A DNA stretch of 64,000 nucleotides from a virus. Shown piece after piece: positions 38,753-47,956 of this stretch; the stretch's first letter is position 1; each line of letters opens with the position of its first letter. Location of the stretch: IMG/VR virus record IMGVR_UViG_3300022902_000006. One strand, written 5' to 3'. The notes under the pieces are model-generated. The model did not search any database. It was not told where the DNA came from and saw only the letters and a program-made list of their open reading frames with translations. A program made the position numbers and the translations under genes.

Positions 38753-39367
38753 ATGTACACTGCTGGCCACCACCACGCCCTCACACAACTCGGTCTCGAA
38801 AAAAGCGCCGGGCTCGCCGACACCATCCAAGCAGGGAAGACCTTCCTTGCGGGATTCAAGGATAAGGCACGCGCCGCGTCAGATGCTTTGAGCACAGGCA
38901 CAGCCACTACGCTCCCCGGCGTAAGGCGAGGTGCTGTACCCACCCCTGTGGGACACAACCCACAACAGACAGCAGACGCCCTCCACCGTGCGAGCGCTTC
39001 GGGGTACCCTATCGCTCACCGTGCGCATAAAGGCGTGATGCTGCCCTTCCACCCCACCGATAACCTGGTGTACATGAATGGGCGTTGGGTCAACCCAGAT
39101 GAAGGGCTCGCCGCGTTCCGCAAAATAAACGTACGTGAGGGGCTACGGCACTCAGCACAAGCACCTCACCCCGTATCCCGGCCCATGGGTCCCGTGACAT
39201 CCAGCGCACCCCCACAAGCAACCACGATGGGGGAGAACGGGCTATCCATGACAGGAGCCATCACGCCGAAAGCAGAGAACATGCTCCTGCGTGACATCGA
39301 GCTGGCACGACTAGGGGCTGCTGCAAAGATGGGGTCGTACAACGCACTCGCTGCTCTGGGGTTCTAA
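38753..39367 (+). CDS. putative internal virion protein with two G-x3-AL-x2-LG tags
   Basis: GHHHALTQLGLEKSA at the N-terminus and GSYNALAALGF at the C-terminus; CCTATAAT at 38739. Confidence 0.65.
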   Translation: MYTAGHHHALTQLGLEKSAGLADTIQAGKTFLAGFKDKARAASDALSTGTATTLPGVRRGAVPTPVGHNPQQTADALHRASASGYPIAHRAHKGVMLPFHPTDNLVYMNGRWVNPDEGLAAFRKINVREGLRHSAQAPHPVSRPMGPVTSSAPPQATTMGENGLSMTGAITPKAENMLLRDIELARLGAAAKMGSYNALAALGF

Positions 39368-39375
39368 GCCACCAC

Positions 39376-39624
39376 GTGGAACTAACCCGCTGCGACGATA
39401 AAAACTTCGGCCCGTCGTCCGCACCTGTGGGTACCTGGATACCATGGACCCATGGAAGCACCTACCTCAAGACCGCCGCTCTACGTTGTCCCACGTGTGG
39501 CCACATCTTCTGCCTCGCGGAACACACCATGGATGAGGACGGCGCCGTATCCCCTTCCGTGGTGTGTCCCCGTAAATGTGGCTTTCACGTGTTCATGTGC
39601 TTGGTGGGGTGGTCTCCTACCTGA
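39376..39624 (+). CDS. small zinc-binding protein
   Basis: CPTCG..H and CPRKCGFH. Confidence 0.55.
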   Translation: MELTRCDDKNFGPSSAPVGTWIPWTHGSTYLKTAALRCPTCGHIFCLAEHTMDEDGAVSPSVVCPRKCGFHVFMCLVGWSPT

Positions 39625-39916
39625 GTGCGTCCAGCGCAGCCTGCTGTCTTGCCAACTCCACCTCGCGATCATGCTCCGCATCCCGCAACATCGCCCCCAG
39701 GGCCTCCAACACCACCCGAAACTGATCCGGGGTGCACACCAGCACCGTCGTCGCGCACTGCACCGTGTAACCACCTGGGCACGCTTCGAAGCACGCCTCC
39801 GTCCCACACTCGAACTCCACCTGCATGGACGTAGCGTTCCCGCTGTGCTTGAACCCGACAGCGGTTGACTTCTTCACCGCCGCCCGTAGTTTTGCCATGG
39901 TAGGGCCATCAGGCAC
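39617..39916 (-). CDS. hypothetical protein
   Basis: SD AGGAGG; GTG start. Confidence 0.55.
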   Translation of the reverse strand: MPDGPTMAKLRAAVKKSTAVGFKHSGNATSMQVEFECGTEACFEACPGGYTVQCATTVLVCTPDQFRVVLEALGAMLRDAEHDREVELARQQAALDALR

Positions 39917-40781
39917 ACTGCACCTCCTTCTGAAGTATCGCCTCTTGCTCTTTGTCCTGCTGCTGCTCCAGCTTCATGTCGAACACCGCGCGCATCCTCT
40001 CAGCGTCCGCATACCGCCGCTCCTTCGCAGCCTGCAGCATCAGCGTCTCCAGGCGCTTCATGCGTGCACCCTCAGAGATGTGGCGTCCTCGGAGACCACC
40101 CTCGGGTACCGTATGACGTAACTCGTGACTCCCGATGTTGTTGAGGCCGTGCGTGCCCACCTTGACCCACCACATGTTGTTGATGTTGTGCTCAGCGATA
40201 CCAACGCCCCAGCGCTTGTCCCAACCCAGGAAGAAAACACGCTCCCCGTTGCGAATCACCCCATCTTGCCCTTTGCTGTTGTACGGGGAAATCTCCGCAT
40301 TGTTGTAGACGCTACGCCCACGCCCAAAGGTCTCGTGCTCCGCTCTATAGTCCAGGAACTCATCCACGGTAGCGTCGAGGGCGCCGTACTTCGGTTTGGA
40401 GTCTTTGTACGTGTACTCAGTGTTTTCACGACACCACGCCACGAACTGTTGTATTTCGTACTTCACGCGCACCTTCAACAGATACGGCATCTTGCGCAAC
40501 TTGTCGTGCTCGTACTTCCCACCGCTGGGGTGTTTGCAATGCCGGTGTCCGTTACGCAAGCAACGATGGTGCTTCAGGATGTTCTTATCCTGCCGCACAG
40601 ACCACCCGCGTCGCCGCAGCAAGCGAATAATGGGGTGCAGAATATCGTACTCGAACCCCTTGTCGTACTGCGGCCAATTCGCCTGCATCTCCTCCCGCGT
40701 GGGCTCCTCCCACACATGAAACGACGCATACTCCATGAACACCCGCACCTCACCCGGGGGACGCTGCGCCAGGGCCTTCAC
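39909..40781 (-). CDS. hypothetical protein (290 aa)
   Basis: Coupled to its neighbours; protein-like composition. Confidence 0.65.
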   Translation of the reverse strand: MKALAQRPPGEVRVFMEYASFHVWEEPTREEMQANWPQYDKGFEYDILHPIIRLLRRRGWSVRQDKNILKHHRCLRNGHRHCKHPSGGKYEHDKLRKMPYLLKVRVKYEIQQFVAWCRENTEYTYKDSKPKYGALDATVDEFLDYRAEHETFGRGRSVYNNAEISPYNSKGQDGVIRNGERVFFLGWDKRWGVGIAEHNINNMWWVKVGTHGLNNIGSHELRHTVPEGGLRGRHISEGARMKRLETLMLQAAKERRYADAERMRAVFDMKLEQQQDKEQEAILQKEVQCA

Positions 40782-41179
40782 TTCTTCACCTCTGGCATCG
40801 CATCCTCTGGCACGCGCTCACCGTCTGCGACCTTCACCTCGTAATCCTTCATCTGGTGCCCGCCGCCTGTCTTCTTATGGCCCAGCCACTTAACGATCAT
40901 CGGGTCTCCAACCTGTGCTGGCGACACATCCACAAGCTGCACCAGCTTCATCCCTGTGAGCATGTACGAACCACCCTGGGGCACGTGCAGAATGATGACC
41001 GTGTACTCGCCGAAGGTGCCGTTCTGTACCGTCTGGCCACCGTAGTAGCCCACCAGCTCGTCGCCCTCTTCAGGGTCCCAACGCTGGGCCTTGGTAACCT
41101 TCTTCCAGTTGTAGCGTGCTCGCAGCTCCTCGGCTGCGGTCTGTGCAGGGATGTCAGGGAGCGGAGCTGGATCAGCCAT
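40778..41179 (-). CDS. putative OB-fold ssDNA-binding protein
   Basis: WDPEEGDELVGYY...G..VIVKWLG.K.T..G..MKDYEV pattern seen in phage OB-fold SSB-like proteins. Confidence 0.45.
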   Translation of the reverse strand: MADPAPLPDIPAQTAAEELRARYNWKKVTKAQRWDPEEGDELVGYYGGQTVQNGTFGEYTVIILHVPQGGSYMLTGMKLVQLVDVSPAQVGDPMIVKWLGHKKTGGGHQMKDYEVKVADGERVPEDAMPEVKK

Positions 41180-41459
41180 CAGCGGGTTCCTCCTCCTTGG
41201 TCGTGTCGATGTCCAACTTGCGCTCCTCGTCGAATGTCATGTTATCGAGATTCAGCGCCCTGCAACTACTCGGCTCCCACGGCTCACCATCGGTGACCGT
41301 CAGGTCCAGGTTCTCCCGCTTGTCGGGGTCCTCCAACACATCCTGCACTGCGTTCTCCGCCAGCGTGTGCGCCTGTTTTAGGTCAGGCGCATCCACGCGC
41401 ACAGTAACCGTGGTCCGTACGAGTGCTTCGAGTTCGACCTCTACGTCGATGATTGGCAT
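41172..41459 (-). CDS. acidic hypothetical protein
   Basis: 95 aa; coupled to neighbours. Confidence 0.55.
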   Translation of the reverse strand: MPIIDVEVELEALVRTTVTVRVDAPDLKQAHTLAENAVQDVLEDPDKRENLDLTVTDGEPWEPSSCRALNLDNMTFDEERKLDIDTTKEEEPADG

Positions 41460-42296
41460 TTATTGATCTCCCTCACCCCAGAATTCACCCACAACACGAT
41501 CCATATCCTCCAGTACACAAGAAGAGAACCACTCCCCGTGCAAACGGAACGCGTCAAAAATGGTATGTAAGTATCGCTCCAGTGCTTTAGGTCCCGTGTA
41601 CTGTTTGACCACCGTAAGTTCTACAGAGCTATGCGTCCGCAACGTCGACAGGCGCTTCTTGAGTTGTGTCGTGTACCCAATCTTAACATTGCCCACTTCT
41701 GAAGCCTGGACGACGTAAATTGTTTGTGTATCCGCAGAGTTCTCAGGGAAGCCGAAACACAACAAGTGGTTACACACCCGCTGATGAAAACGCTCCCCCT
41801 TCCCAAAGGCTTTCAAAATATCCAAAAGCAGTTCTTTAATGAAGTGTACGCCCGAAGCCTCTATGACATCCAATGTCACACAGGTCCCATGATCAGAGGT
41901 ACATCTCACATGGCTAACGCGCCCGGTGGCCAGGTGAATAATGGCACTATCCAATTCCGTGAGTTCAATGACGTCGTTGCACACATCACAACCCACACGT
42001 AGTGACCTGCGCATTGGATACTTAGTCCAGTATTCCAGCCACGCCTTCTGTAACGCGTCCACAACTTGCTCGGATTGTTGTGACTTCCGCCGTACGTACT
42101 TATACCAATCCCAGTAACTCCACCCCCAACACGCACCTTCCTCCACAGCAGCGTCACGCTGCGCATCACTCGCCAAATCTCCGACAACATCATCACGCGT
42201 CAGACTACCTAGCAACCACGGAAGGAAGGAGCCACCTTCGGCCTTAGCGCGCACCCTGGCGTTACGTAGTGCGGTCTTACTACGGCAAGTACCCAA
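41460..42296 (-). CDS. YozE-like N-terminal domain fused to T5orf172/GIY-YIG domain
   Basis: FLPWL...DDVVGDLASD at the N-terminus; IYVVQ..VKIGYT..KRL..L..HGEWF at the C-terminus. Confidence 0.7.
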   Translation of the reverse strand: MGTCRSKTALRNARVRAKAEGGSFLPWLLGSLTRDDVVGDLASDAQRDAAVEEGACWGWSYWDWYKYVRRKSQQSEQVVDALQKAWLEYWTKYPMRRSLRVGCDVCNDVIELTELDSAIIHLATGRVSHVRCTSDHGTCVTLDVIEASGVHFIKELLLDILKAFGKGERFHQRVCNHLLCFGFPENSADTQTIYVVQASEVGNVKIGYTTQLKKRLSTLRTHSSVELTVVKQYTGPKALERYLHTIFDAFRLHGEWFSSCVLEDMDRVVGEFWGEGDQ

Positions 42297-42735
42297 GCAA
42301 CCGTCCGATGCCCCGCGCCATCGCGTTGGAGGGCTCCTTGATGTCGTGCATCATCGTCCTGTTGTACATGTACATGGCGAGGTCTTCCCAGAAGTCCAGG
42401 CCACTATGCATCGAGACCACGCTGTCTGCGTCCACGCCGAGCATCGACCCGATGAACAGCTTCTCAGCGTCTTCCATGGGGCCGTAGTAGGTCTGGTCCC
42501 CGGAGTCGAACAGTTCAACCTCTTGCACTTGTATGTCCGCGATATCTGCGGGCAAATAGCTGCTCGCGTCCATAGCTGTGCGTAGCGTACTCGCGTCCAT
42601 GGTACTGGGGCCGTCCTTGATGAGAAACTCAACAACGAAGCGGCGGCGTACCGATTTACCGCGTAAAGGCAGTGCTGCAGTACGGAACGGAGGACTCAGC
42701 GGGGCACTTTCTGGTTCATCGAGGATGCTACCCAT
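42280..42735 (-). CDS. hypothetical protein
   Basis: ATG overlaps the upstream stop. Confidence 0.55.
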   Translation of the reverse strand: MGSILDEPESAPLSPPFRTAALPLRGKSVRRRFVVEFLIKDGPSTMDASTLRTAMDASSYLPADIADIQVQEVELFDSGDQTYYGPMEDAEKLFIGSMLGVDADSVVSMHSGLDFWEDLAMYMYNRTMMHDIKEPSNAMARGIGRLLGYLP

Positions 42736-44123
42736 CAGCGTTTCTCCTTGACAAGACGGGGAAGAAGCTCCCCATACATTCGTGCTCGGAACTCTTTGCG
42801 CACCACCTCCGACTCGTTCAGGATCGCCTGGTGGATGCTCCCGTCGAAGCAAGCATCAATGGCTCTGCGCGCCAGGCTGCGAAGCACTTGGGGGTCCAGA
42901 GCATCAAGCTCCCAGGCGTCGTTCCCAGCCCAACCGTGGTCCCGCACGTACTTCGCATGGCGCGTCGACGTCGGCTTCGCCCAGAAGGGCGGAGGGCTGT
43001 ACTGCTGGATCTGGTTCTTGTTAAGCGCCATACGCTCCACCGTGAAGGGCACGATGACGCCCTCGCGAACCTGGATAATCTTGAGGCGCCGCTCCAGGTC
43101 CAGAGGGATCTCCATCCCATCGGGGTCATGGTCGCCGAAGTACAGAATCTTGATCTCTTGATTGCTACCCTCGTGCCACTCCAGCCCTGTCAGCTTGCCG
43201 TATCCGTACCGCTTGATGCCACCGTGAGTACCCTCTTCGCGTGAGTCAACAGGGATGTCGTCCTCATCCTCTTCGGCCCAGTCCACGTAGTTCTCTAACT
43301 GGTCAATCGCGTCCTCGTGGTTGACCAACAACCGCGCCAACCCCTTGGGTGTTGTGGGGTCATGCTCCTGCGCCTCACTGAAACCCAGCGAGAAGAGATC
43401 ATTTTGATCCTGTATTGAACTGTTCATCACCGACGCCATCATCAGGTGGAGCTGATGCAAGATGGACACCGAGGGATAGCCCTTCGTCGCCAACCAGGAC
43501 ACACCGAGCTTCTGGCACGGAGGGCCGAAGACATTGGATAACGCCTCTTTCTCGAACAGCACGAAGGGGATGATGGGCTGGCGAAACCAGCGACTCACCT
43601 GCACGAAGAACTGATCCAGCTTGGGAATCCAGTCCCCGGCTGACTCCAACGCACGCTCTTGATTCAGGTCGAAGCGCATCACGTCTCCGTAATGCAGCGT
43701 GCGGGATGCATCGGACAACAGTTCGAGAGGGAAGTCCCCTTTGATCCTCGCCGCCGACAAGGTGTTCTTGACCCGGTTGTACTCCGCCTGCCCCGAAGGG
43801 ATGTATCCACGACTGACGAGCTGGTAATACATGCCCCTGACGGTAAGGCTCATACCGTCCTGCTGGTACTTCAGAGCGATGCTGTTGCACACATCCAAGA
43901 GCTGCTGCTTCGTGAGGTATGTGACGCCTTTGAGCCTGGCCCGGAACTGCGGCGTCATCTTGTTAACTGCGCACTCTTCGAAAGGGGGTGTGTCCTTGCC
44001 GTCGACAGCACGAGCCTTGGCAGCACGCGCATACGCCTCCAACAACGCCTCCTCACCCTTCTTGCCCTTGACCTCGATGTTCCATGCTTCCCCATCAGGA
44101 AAGCGCACGTGGAATTTGGGCAT
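42735..44123 (-). CDS. TOPRIM-domain protein of the Topo VI-A/Spo11/JetD-like class
   Basis: LTVRGMYYQLVS (winged-helix Tyr), FEKEAL, YFGDHDPDG (DxD), WELDAL. Confidence 0.75.
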   Translation of the reverse strand: MPKFHVRFPDGEAWNIEVKGKKGEEALLEAYARAAKARAVDGKDTPPFEECAVNKMTPQFRARLKGVTYLTKQQLLDVCNSIALKYQQDGMSLTVRGMYYQLVSRGYIPSGQAEYNRVKNTLSAARIKGDFPLELLSDASRTLHYGDVMRFDLNQERALESAGDWIPKLDQFFVQVSRWFRQPIIPFVLFEKEALSNVFGPPCQKLGVSWLATKGYPSVSILHQLHLMMASVMNSSIQDQNDLFSLGFSEAQEHDPTTPKGLARLLVNHEDAIDQLENYVDWAEEDEDDIPVDSREEGTHGGIKRYGYGKLTGLEWHEGSNQEIKILYFGDHDPDGMEIPLDLERRLKIIQVREGVIVPFTVERMALNKNQIQQYSPPPFWAKPTSTRHAKYVRDHGWAGNDAWELDALDPQVLRSLARRAIDACFDGSIHQAILNESEVVRKEFRARMYGELLPRLVKEKR

Positions 44124-44395
44124 CAGTCTCGGAACGCCTCGGGGCAGCTTTCCTGCATCCGCTCCAGCATGAACTGCGCCGACGGGCAGTTGCCCACCCC
44201 TGCACGGGTCTCCAAACTCTTACGAAGCATCAAGACCGCCGCACCGTAGCTATTGCCTTGAGCTTCAGCCAAGACACCCAGCGACAGCCTCAAATCTTGC
44301 GTCGGGCTATCTGTACCCCGCACCATCCATTGCACTGGCATGAACACGCCACCCACGACGTCGAACGCCGCGAGCAAATAAGCTGTGTGATCCAC
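44123..44395 (-). CDS. hypothetical protein
   Basis: SD AAGGAGG; GTG start; downstream of the promoter motif at 44461. Confidence 0.55.
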   Translation of the reverse strand: MDHTAYLLAAFDVVGGVFMPVQWMVRGTDSPTQDLRLSLGVLAEAQGNSYGAAVLMLRKSLETRAGVGNCPSAQFMLERMQESCPEAFRD

Positions 44396-44493
44396 ACTTC
44401 CTCCTTGGGCAAAAAAAGAGATAAATGAAACCCACTACTAAGCTAGTAGGGGCCTCTGTGTTTTCTTATACCTGATATGTATTGGGATTTCGG

Positions 44494-44568
44494 TCGGGGT
44501 GAGAGGATTTGAACCTCCGACATCCTGCTCCCAAAGCAGGCGCGCTGACCAGACTGCGCTACACCCCG
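44494..44568 (-). tRNA. tRNA-Pro(UGG)
   Basis: Full cloverleaf, loop TT-TGG-GA. Confidence 0.95.
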
Positions 44569-44602
44569 TGAACCGCAGAATAGAGCCCTCTACAGCCCAC
44601 TG

Positions 44603-44809
44603 TCAAACCTTCGTGATGTACCGCTCGCCGAGCCACACTTTGCATATACCACAGGGGCAAGGCTTCCCGAAGCGGTCTGCGGCCAGATGTGCAGCGTGGT
44701 CCACGACCCAGTCAACAACCTGGAAGATGCGCCACAAAGGGAACAGCGTCCCGTAGGTACAGAACGCCCCACCTCGGAGCTTGAAGTATCTGGGTCCGCG
44801 TAGCTTCAT
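44603..44809 (-). CDS. small Cys/His hypothetical protein
   Basis: 68 aa; ATGA overlap. Confidence 0.45.
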   Translation of the reverse strand: MKLRGPRYFKLRGGAFCTYGTLFPLWRIFQVVDWVVDHAAHLAADRFGKPCPCGICKVWLGERYITKV

Positions 44810-45225
44810 ATCATCTCACTCTCGAAGTATCGCACGTCGAACTCGTAACGTGAACACACATGTGGAAAGAGGCGCTGCGCCGTACGCCACATCGTCAGGA
44901 AGTCATGCCTGCCCCGCATCATGAATCCGCTGTTACAACCCCCACGCCCATCCACGGAACGGTCCCAGAAGGAGATGAGCGTCCAGTGCTTCTTCGACGA
45001 GTACGTAACACGCACCAGGCCCTCTGTCTGAATCCGTGACCGCTCTGCACGGCGACCACGCACCCGAGAACCAGGGCAGTGGCCCCCATCCAACCGAGGG
45101 AACGCCTCCCACATCTCTTTGCCCACACCGTCGCCCATCGACGGCGAATTCATGAACTGGTCCCACAAGTAGTGACCCGCGCTCTCGATGCACCCGAAGT
45201 AGTACATCACTCTGCGCTCGTCCAT
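44806..45225 (-). CDS. hypothetical protein
   Basis: MYYFGC...GHYLW, LDG..CP, WT.ISFWDRSVD.R.GCNS motifs. Confidence 0.6.
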   Translation of the reverse strand: MDERRVMYYFGCIESAGHYLWDQFMNSPSMGDGVGKEMWEAFPRLDGGHCPGSRVRGRRAERSRIQTEGLVRVTYSSKKHWTLISFWDRSVDGRGGCNSGFMMRGRHDFLTMWRTAQRLFPHVCSRYEFDVRYFESEMI

Positions 45226-45240
45226 CGCTATCTGCGCTGC

Positions 45241-45372
45241 CCCGGGAACCGCGCGCTTACCCCGCTCCACCTCACCAAGACGCACCGCGCTCGCCTACAG
45301 CGCAGCAGCGAAGTCACGCAGCGACAGGTTGTACTTCACGCGCAGGGCACGCAGCTCGTGGCCGAAGGGCAT
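45241..45372 (-). pseudogene. XRE/Cro-C1 helix-turn-helix interrupted by an in-frame TAG
   Basis: MPFGHELRALRVKYNLSLRDFAAAL*ASAVRLGEVERGK; stop at 45295-45297. Confidence 0.7.
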
Positions 45373-45375
45373 CGA

Positions 45376-45564
45376 TCAGTCTTCCTCAGACTCAGCCAAC
45401 GCCTCCTCTTCCTGCGCGGCCAGGTCCTCTTCCCCCGCCGCAAGCGCATCCGCGATGCGCCCCTGAATGATCTTCAAACCATCGCAATACTCCTGAAGGG
45501 AACACTTCACCTTCGTAGCAGCCTGCGCCGCCTCTTCACCGATTGCTTCGAATTTCTCATCCAT
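45376..45564 (-). CDS. small acidic helical protein
   Basis: SD AGGAGA; 62 aa. Confidence 0.55.
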   Translation of the reverse strand: MDEKFEAIGEEAAQAATKVKCSLQEYCDGLKIIQGRIADALAAGEEDLAAQEEEALAESEED

Positions 45565-46205
45565 CAGCTCTCTCCTCCTATCGCCATTAGCATTCGATAC
45601 AGTGTATCTGCTTCTGAAAGCACCAGCGCACGTTTGTAGTTGGGGTACCAGGATTCCGAAGTCTGCTTCTGGTTCCACTGTTCGAGGAAGGCGTGCAGCT
45701 CCATCTCATCTGTCAGGTACGCGCCCTCCCAATGGTCATCGAGCGCCTCTTCCCGGCATCGGTCGAAGTCCACTGAAGGGCTCTCCGACGTACACGTCCA
45801 CACGTACCCAGGAACGTCCCGTCCGTCGTCGTTGCACACCTCAAGAAGTAGCCCCACGTTCTCAAAGAACCCCTCGTTCCAATTGGACAACGCCTCACAA
45901 TACACCGGGCCGCTCCACTCGTGGACCTTGTCGGCTACCATGAAGCGCTCCACCTCTCGCGCTGCATTGCGGTCGTGCGTCGAATCTGCGAAGCACTGTG
46001 GGCATAAGCACTGGTGTGCTCGATCATGTTCCGCACCACAGGTATCACACACCCAGGGGCCACAATGGCCCTCTGCGTGCTCCCGTGCCCCGTCATCACC
46101 ACTATTCTTAACCGACCCAACGACGCTGCCACACCCGCCACACGCGTACGCGATGACCTTGTCTGTACCTTGCTTCGTCAGCGCTATCGGGGGCGCCTTA
46201 TCCAT
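45564..46205 (-). CDS. zinc-finger hypothetical protein
   Basis: CGGCG, CDTCG, CPQC motifs. Confidence 0.6.
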   Translation of the reverse strand: MDKAPPIALTKQGTDKVIAYACGGCGSVVGSVKNSGDDGAREHAEGHCGPWVCDTCGAEHDRAHQCLCPQCFADSTHDRNAAREVERFMVADKVHEWSGPVYCEALSNWNEGFFENVGLLLEVCNDDGRDVPGYVWTCTSESPSVDFDRCREEALDDHWEGAYLTDEMELHAFLEQWNQKQTSESWYPNYKRALVLSEADTLYRMLMAIGGES

Positions 46206-46395
46206 CGAGGACCCACCGTAGCAGCGTTCCCTTCTCGATGTCCTCCACGCTCGCCGGACGGTGTGCCCCGCCGTCCAGAACGACAGCCACCAACGGCACT
46301 GAAACGGTGCACCCAGGAGTGGGGCACTTCCTTCTCGCGTACAGCGGTGACTCCTGCACAAACTCCAACGCCACGTTACATTTCCCGCAGTTCAT
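46198..46395 (-). CDS. small zinc-ribbon protein
   Basis: CGKC..CPTPGC. Confidence 0.5.
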   Translation of the reverse strand: MNCGKCNVALEFVQESPLYARRKCPTPGCTVSVPLVAVVLDGGAHRPASVEDIEKGTLLRWVLDG

Positions 46396-46612
46396 CTTCG
46401 CTCCCTCTGTTGGGTGCGTCCCACCCGATAGCTTTGCTCGCCGCTACGTGACCACCCTGACCCACCTCTCGCTTCTTCGTACCCATCACTTTTATGTAGT
46501 GCTGTCCCGTTTCCCCCTGGAACACCGGGTCCCCAAGAGGGGCGAACCGCCACCGTCGCAGAAGATCTTCGTAGCTCGCTGCGTCGATCCATGCTTTGTC
46601 GCTCTCACTCAT
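46376..46612 (-). CDS. conserved-type phage hypothetical protein
   Basis: [28 protein letters not shown]...SK.IGW. Confidence 0.6.
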   Translation of the reverse strand: MSESDKAWIDAASYEDLLRRWRFAPLGDPVFQGETGQHYIKVMGTKKREVGQGGHVAASKAIGWDAPNRGSEDELREM

Positions 46613-47317
46613 CACGACTCTCCATGTCCAACCCCTTAGCCTCAAACACATCGTACAGTGCGTCGTGCAGCGCCTTAGCCTCGGGGGATACATCGCTATT
46701 CATCGGCGTGTGCTCCAGGATCTCCATGAGCAGAGCCTGGTCCTTCTCATCGATGGCGTCGACGACATCGAGCAGCTTCTTCTTCACCTCGGGCTCAGGC
46801 ATCTCAACTTCCTCTGGTTCGGGTTCAGGTTCGGGTGGTGGAGGTGGGAGCGGGGGCTCAGGTTCCGACTCTATTGCAAACTCTTCCAAGAGAGCGATGG
46901 CACCTTTCAACTTCAACAACGCACGCACCTCCACTTGCCGTATGCGCTCCCTGGTCAAGTTGAGGATCTCCCCTACTTCCTCAAGTGTAAGACCCTCCCC
47001 ATCAACACCACCTGCAACAACCAGAACACAAGTGTGCGCCATTTCATGGACTTCCAGATGTGGGAAGTTCAGCTTGAGGGAGCCGGTATTGGGATTCACG
47101 TCCGTGTAGATGTGGTATTTGCACGAGACATAAGGGCACGGTCCCGTCTTGTCACACTCGCCCCACGTACGCGGTTTACGCGGTAAATTAAAAGCACTGA
47201 GTGCAGCACCCTCCAGTAGCTCTGCACGTGATAGCTTTTTTGCGGCAAGGTCTTAGCGCGTGGCCCCCGCGTCTCACGACGATGCTGCCGTGTAGGGTGT
47301 TTGCGTTCGCTATCCAC
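46605..47317 (-). CDS. sigma-70 region 4 HTH protein with N-terminal Cys/His motif (frameshifted near 47240-47252)
   Basis: [24 protein letters not shown]; the frame is open upstream through [18 protein letters not shown], but the start lies in the neighbouring frame. Confidence 0.7.
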
Positions 47318-47729
47318 CGCGCGCCTTCACCTTTCCCGGAGGTGTGTACTGCGCCTCAAGTGCCCTCTTATCCGCCGCACTCAGCTCCAACGTACGCCCT
47401 TTGCCGTGTGCACATTTGTACACCTTCTTGGCAGGTTTCTTCGCTGCATTCTTCGCTGCCTTCTTGGCGCGCTTCTTCTTCTTGGGGGGCTTCCGTTTCA
47501 CCTTCTTCGCGTAGCGCTCCTTGTGTTCCTTCAACAACATGAGCCACCCTTGTCGTTCATCGCCCTCGGAAGCCATCACATTCCAGTGCAGTATGGTCCC
47601 GACGCGGTCGTGCCACGCCAAGTCGAAGTCACAAGACTTGCACCAGGCAAACCACTTATTGGTGTTGCTATCCATGATCTCAGGCTTATGCCTGCAGATA
47701 GGACACGGCTTGATGATGGGTGGTGGCAT
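47310..47729 (-). CDS. Lar-like zinc-ribbon protein with Lys-rich tail
   Basis: IKPCPIC...WCKSC...WN pattern of restriction-alleviation Lar family; histone-like KKPAKK tail. Confidence 0.55.
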   Translation of the reverse strand: MPPPIIKPCPICRHKPEIMDSNTNKWFAWCKSCDFDLAWHDRVGTILHWNVMASEGDERQGWLMLLKEHKERYAKKVKRKPPKKKKRAKKAAKNAAKKPAKKVYKCAHGKGRTLELSAADKRALEAQYTPPGKVKARGG

Positions 47730-47956
47730 CAGCGCGGGAACAGACGCATCGGCACGGAGCGCAGCACGGCGTCGCCGCCGTGACCATATTCCTCCATGAC
47801 CCCATTCTTGTAGTCCATGCAGATCAGGTCACACTTGTCACCCGCCTTGAACGCGCCGAAGTCGACCTTGAAAATCACGTCGGCGTACTGGAAGCACTGC
47901 TCGTCAACTTCTTCGACATCGTTGTGGGATGTGTGCTCGAAAATCTCGTCAACCAT
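47729..47956 (-). CDS. hypothetical protein
   Basis: 75 aa; coupled to neighbours. Confidence 0.55.
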   Translation of the reverse strand: MVDEIFEHTSHNDVEEVDEQCFQYADVIFKVDFGAFKAGDKCDLICMDYKNGVMEEYGHGGDAVLRSVPMRLFPR

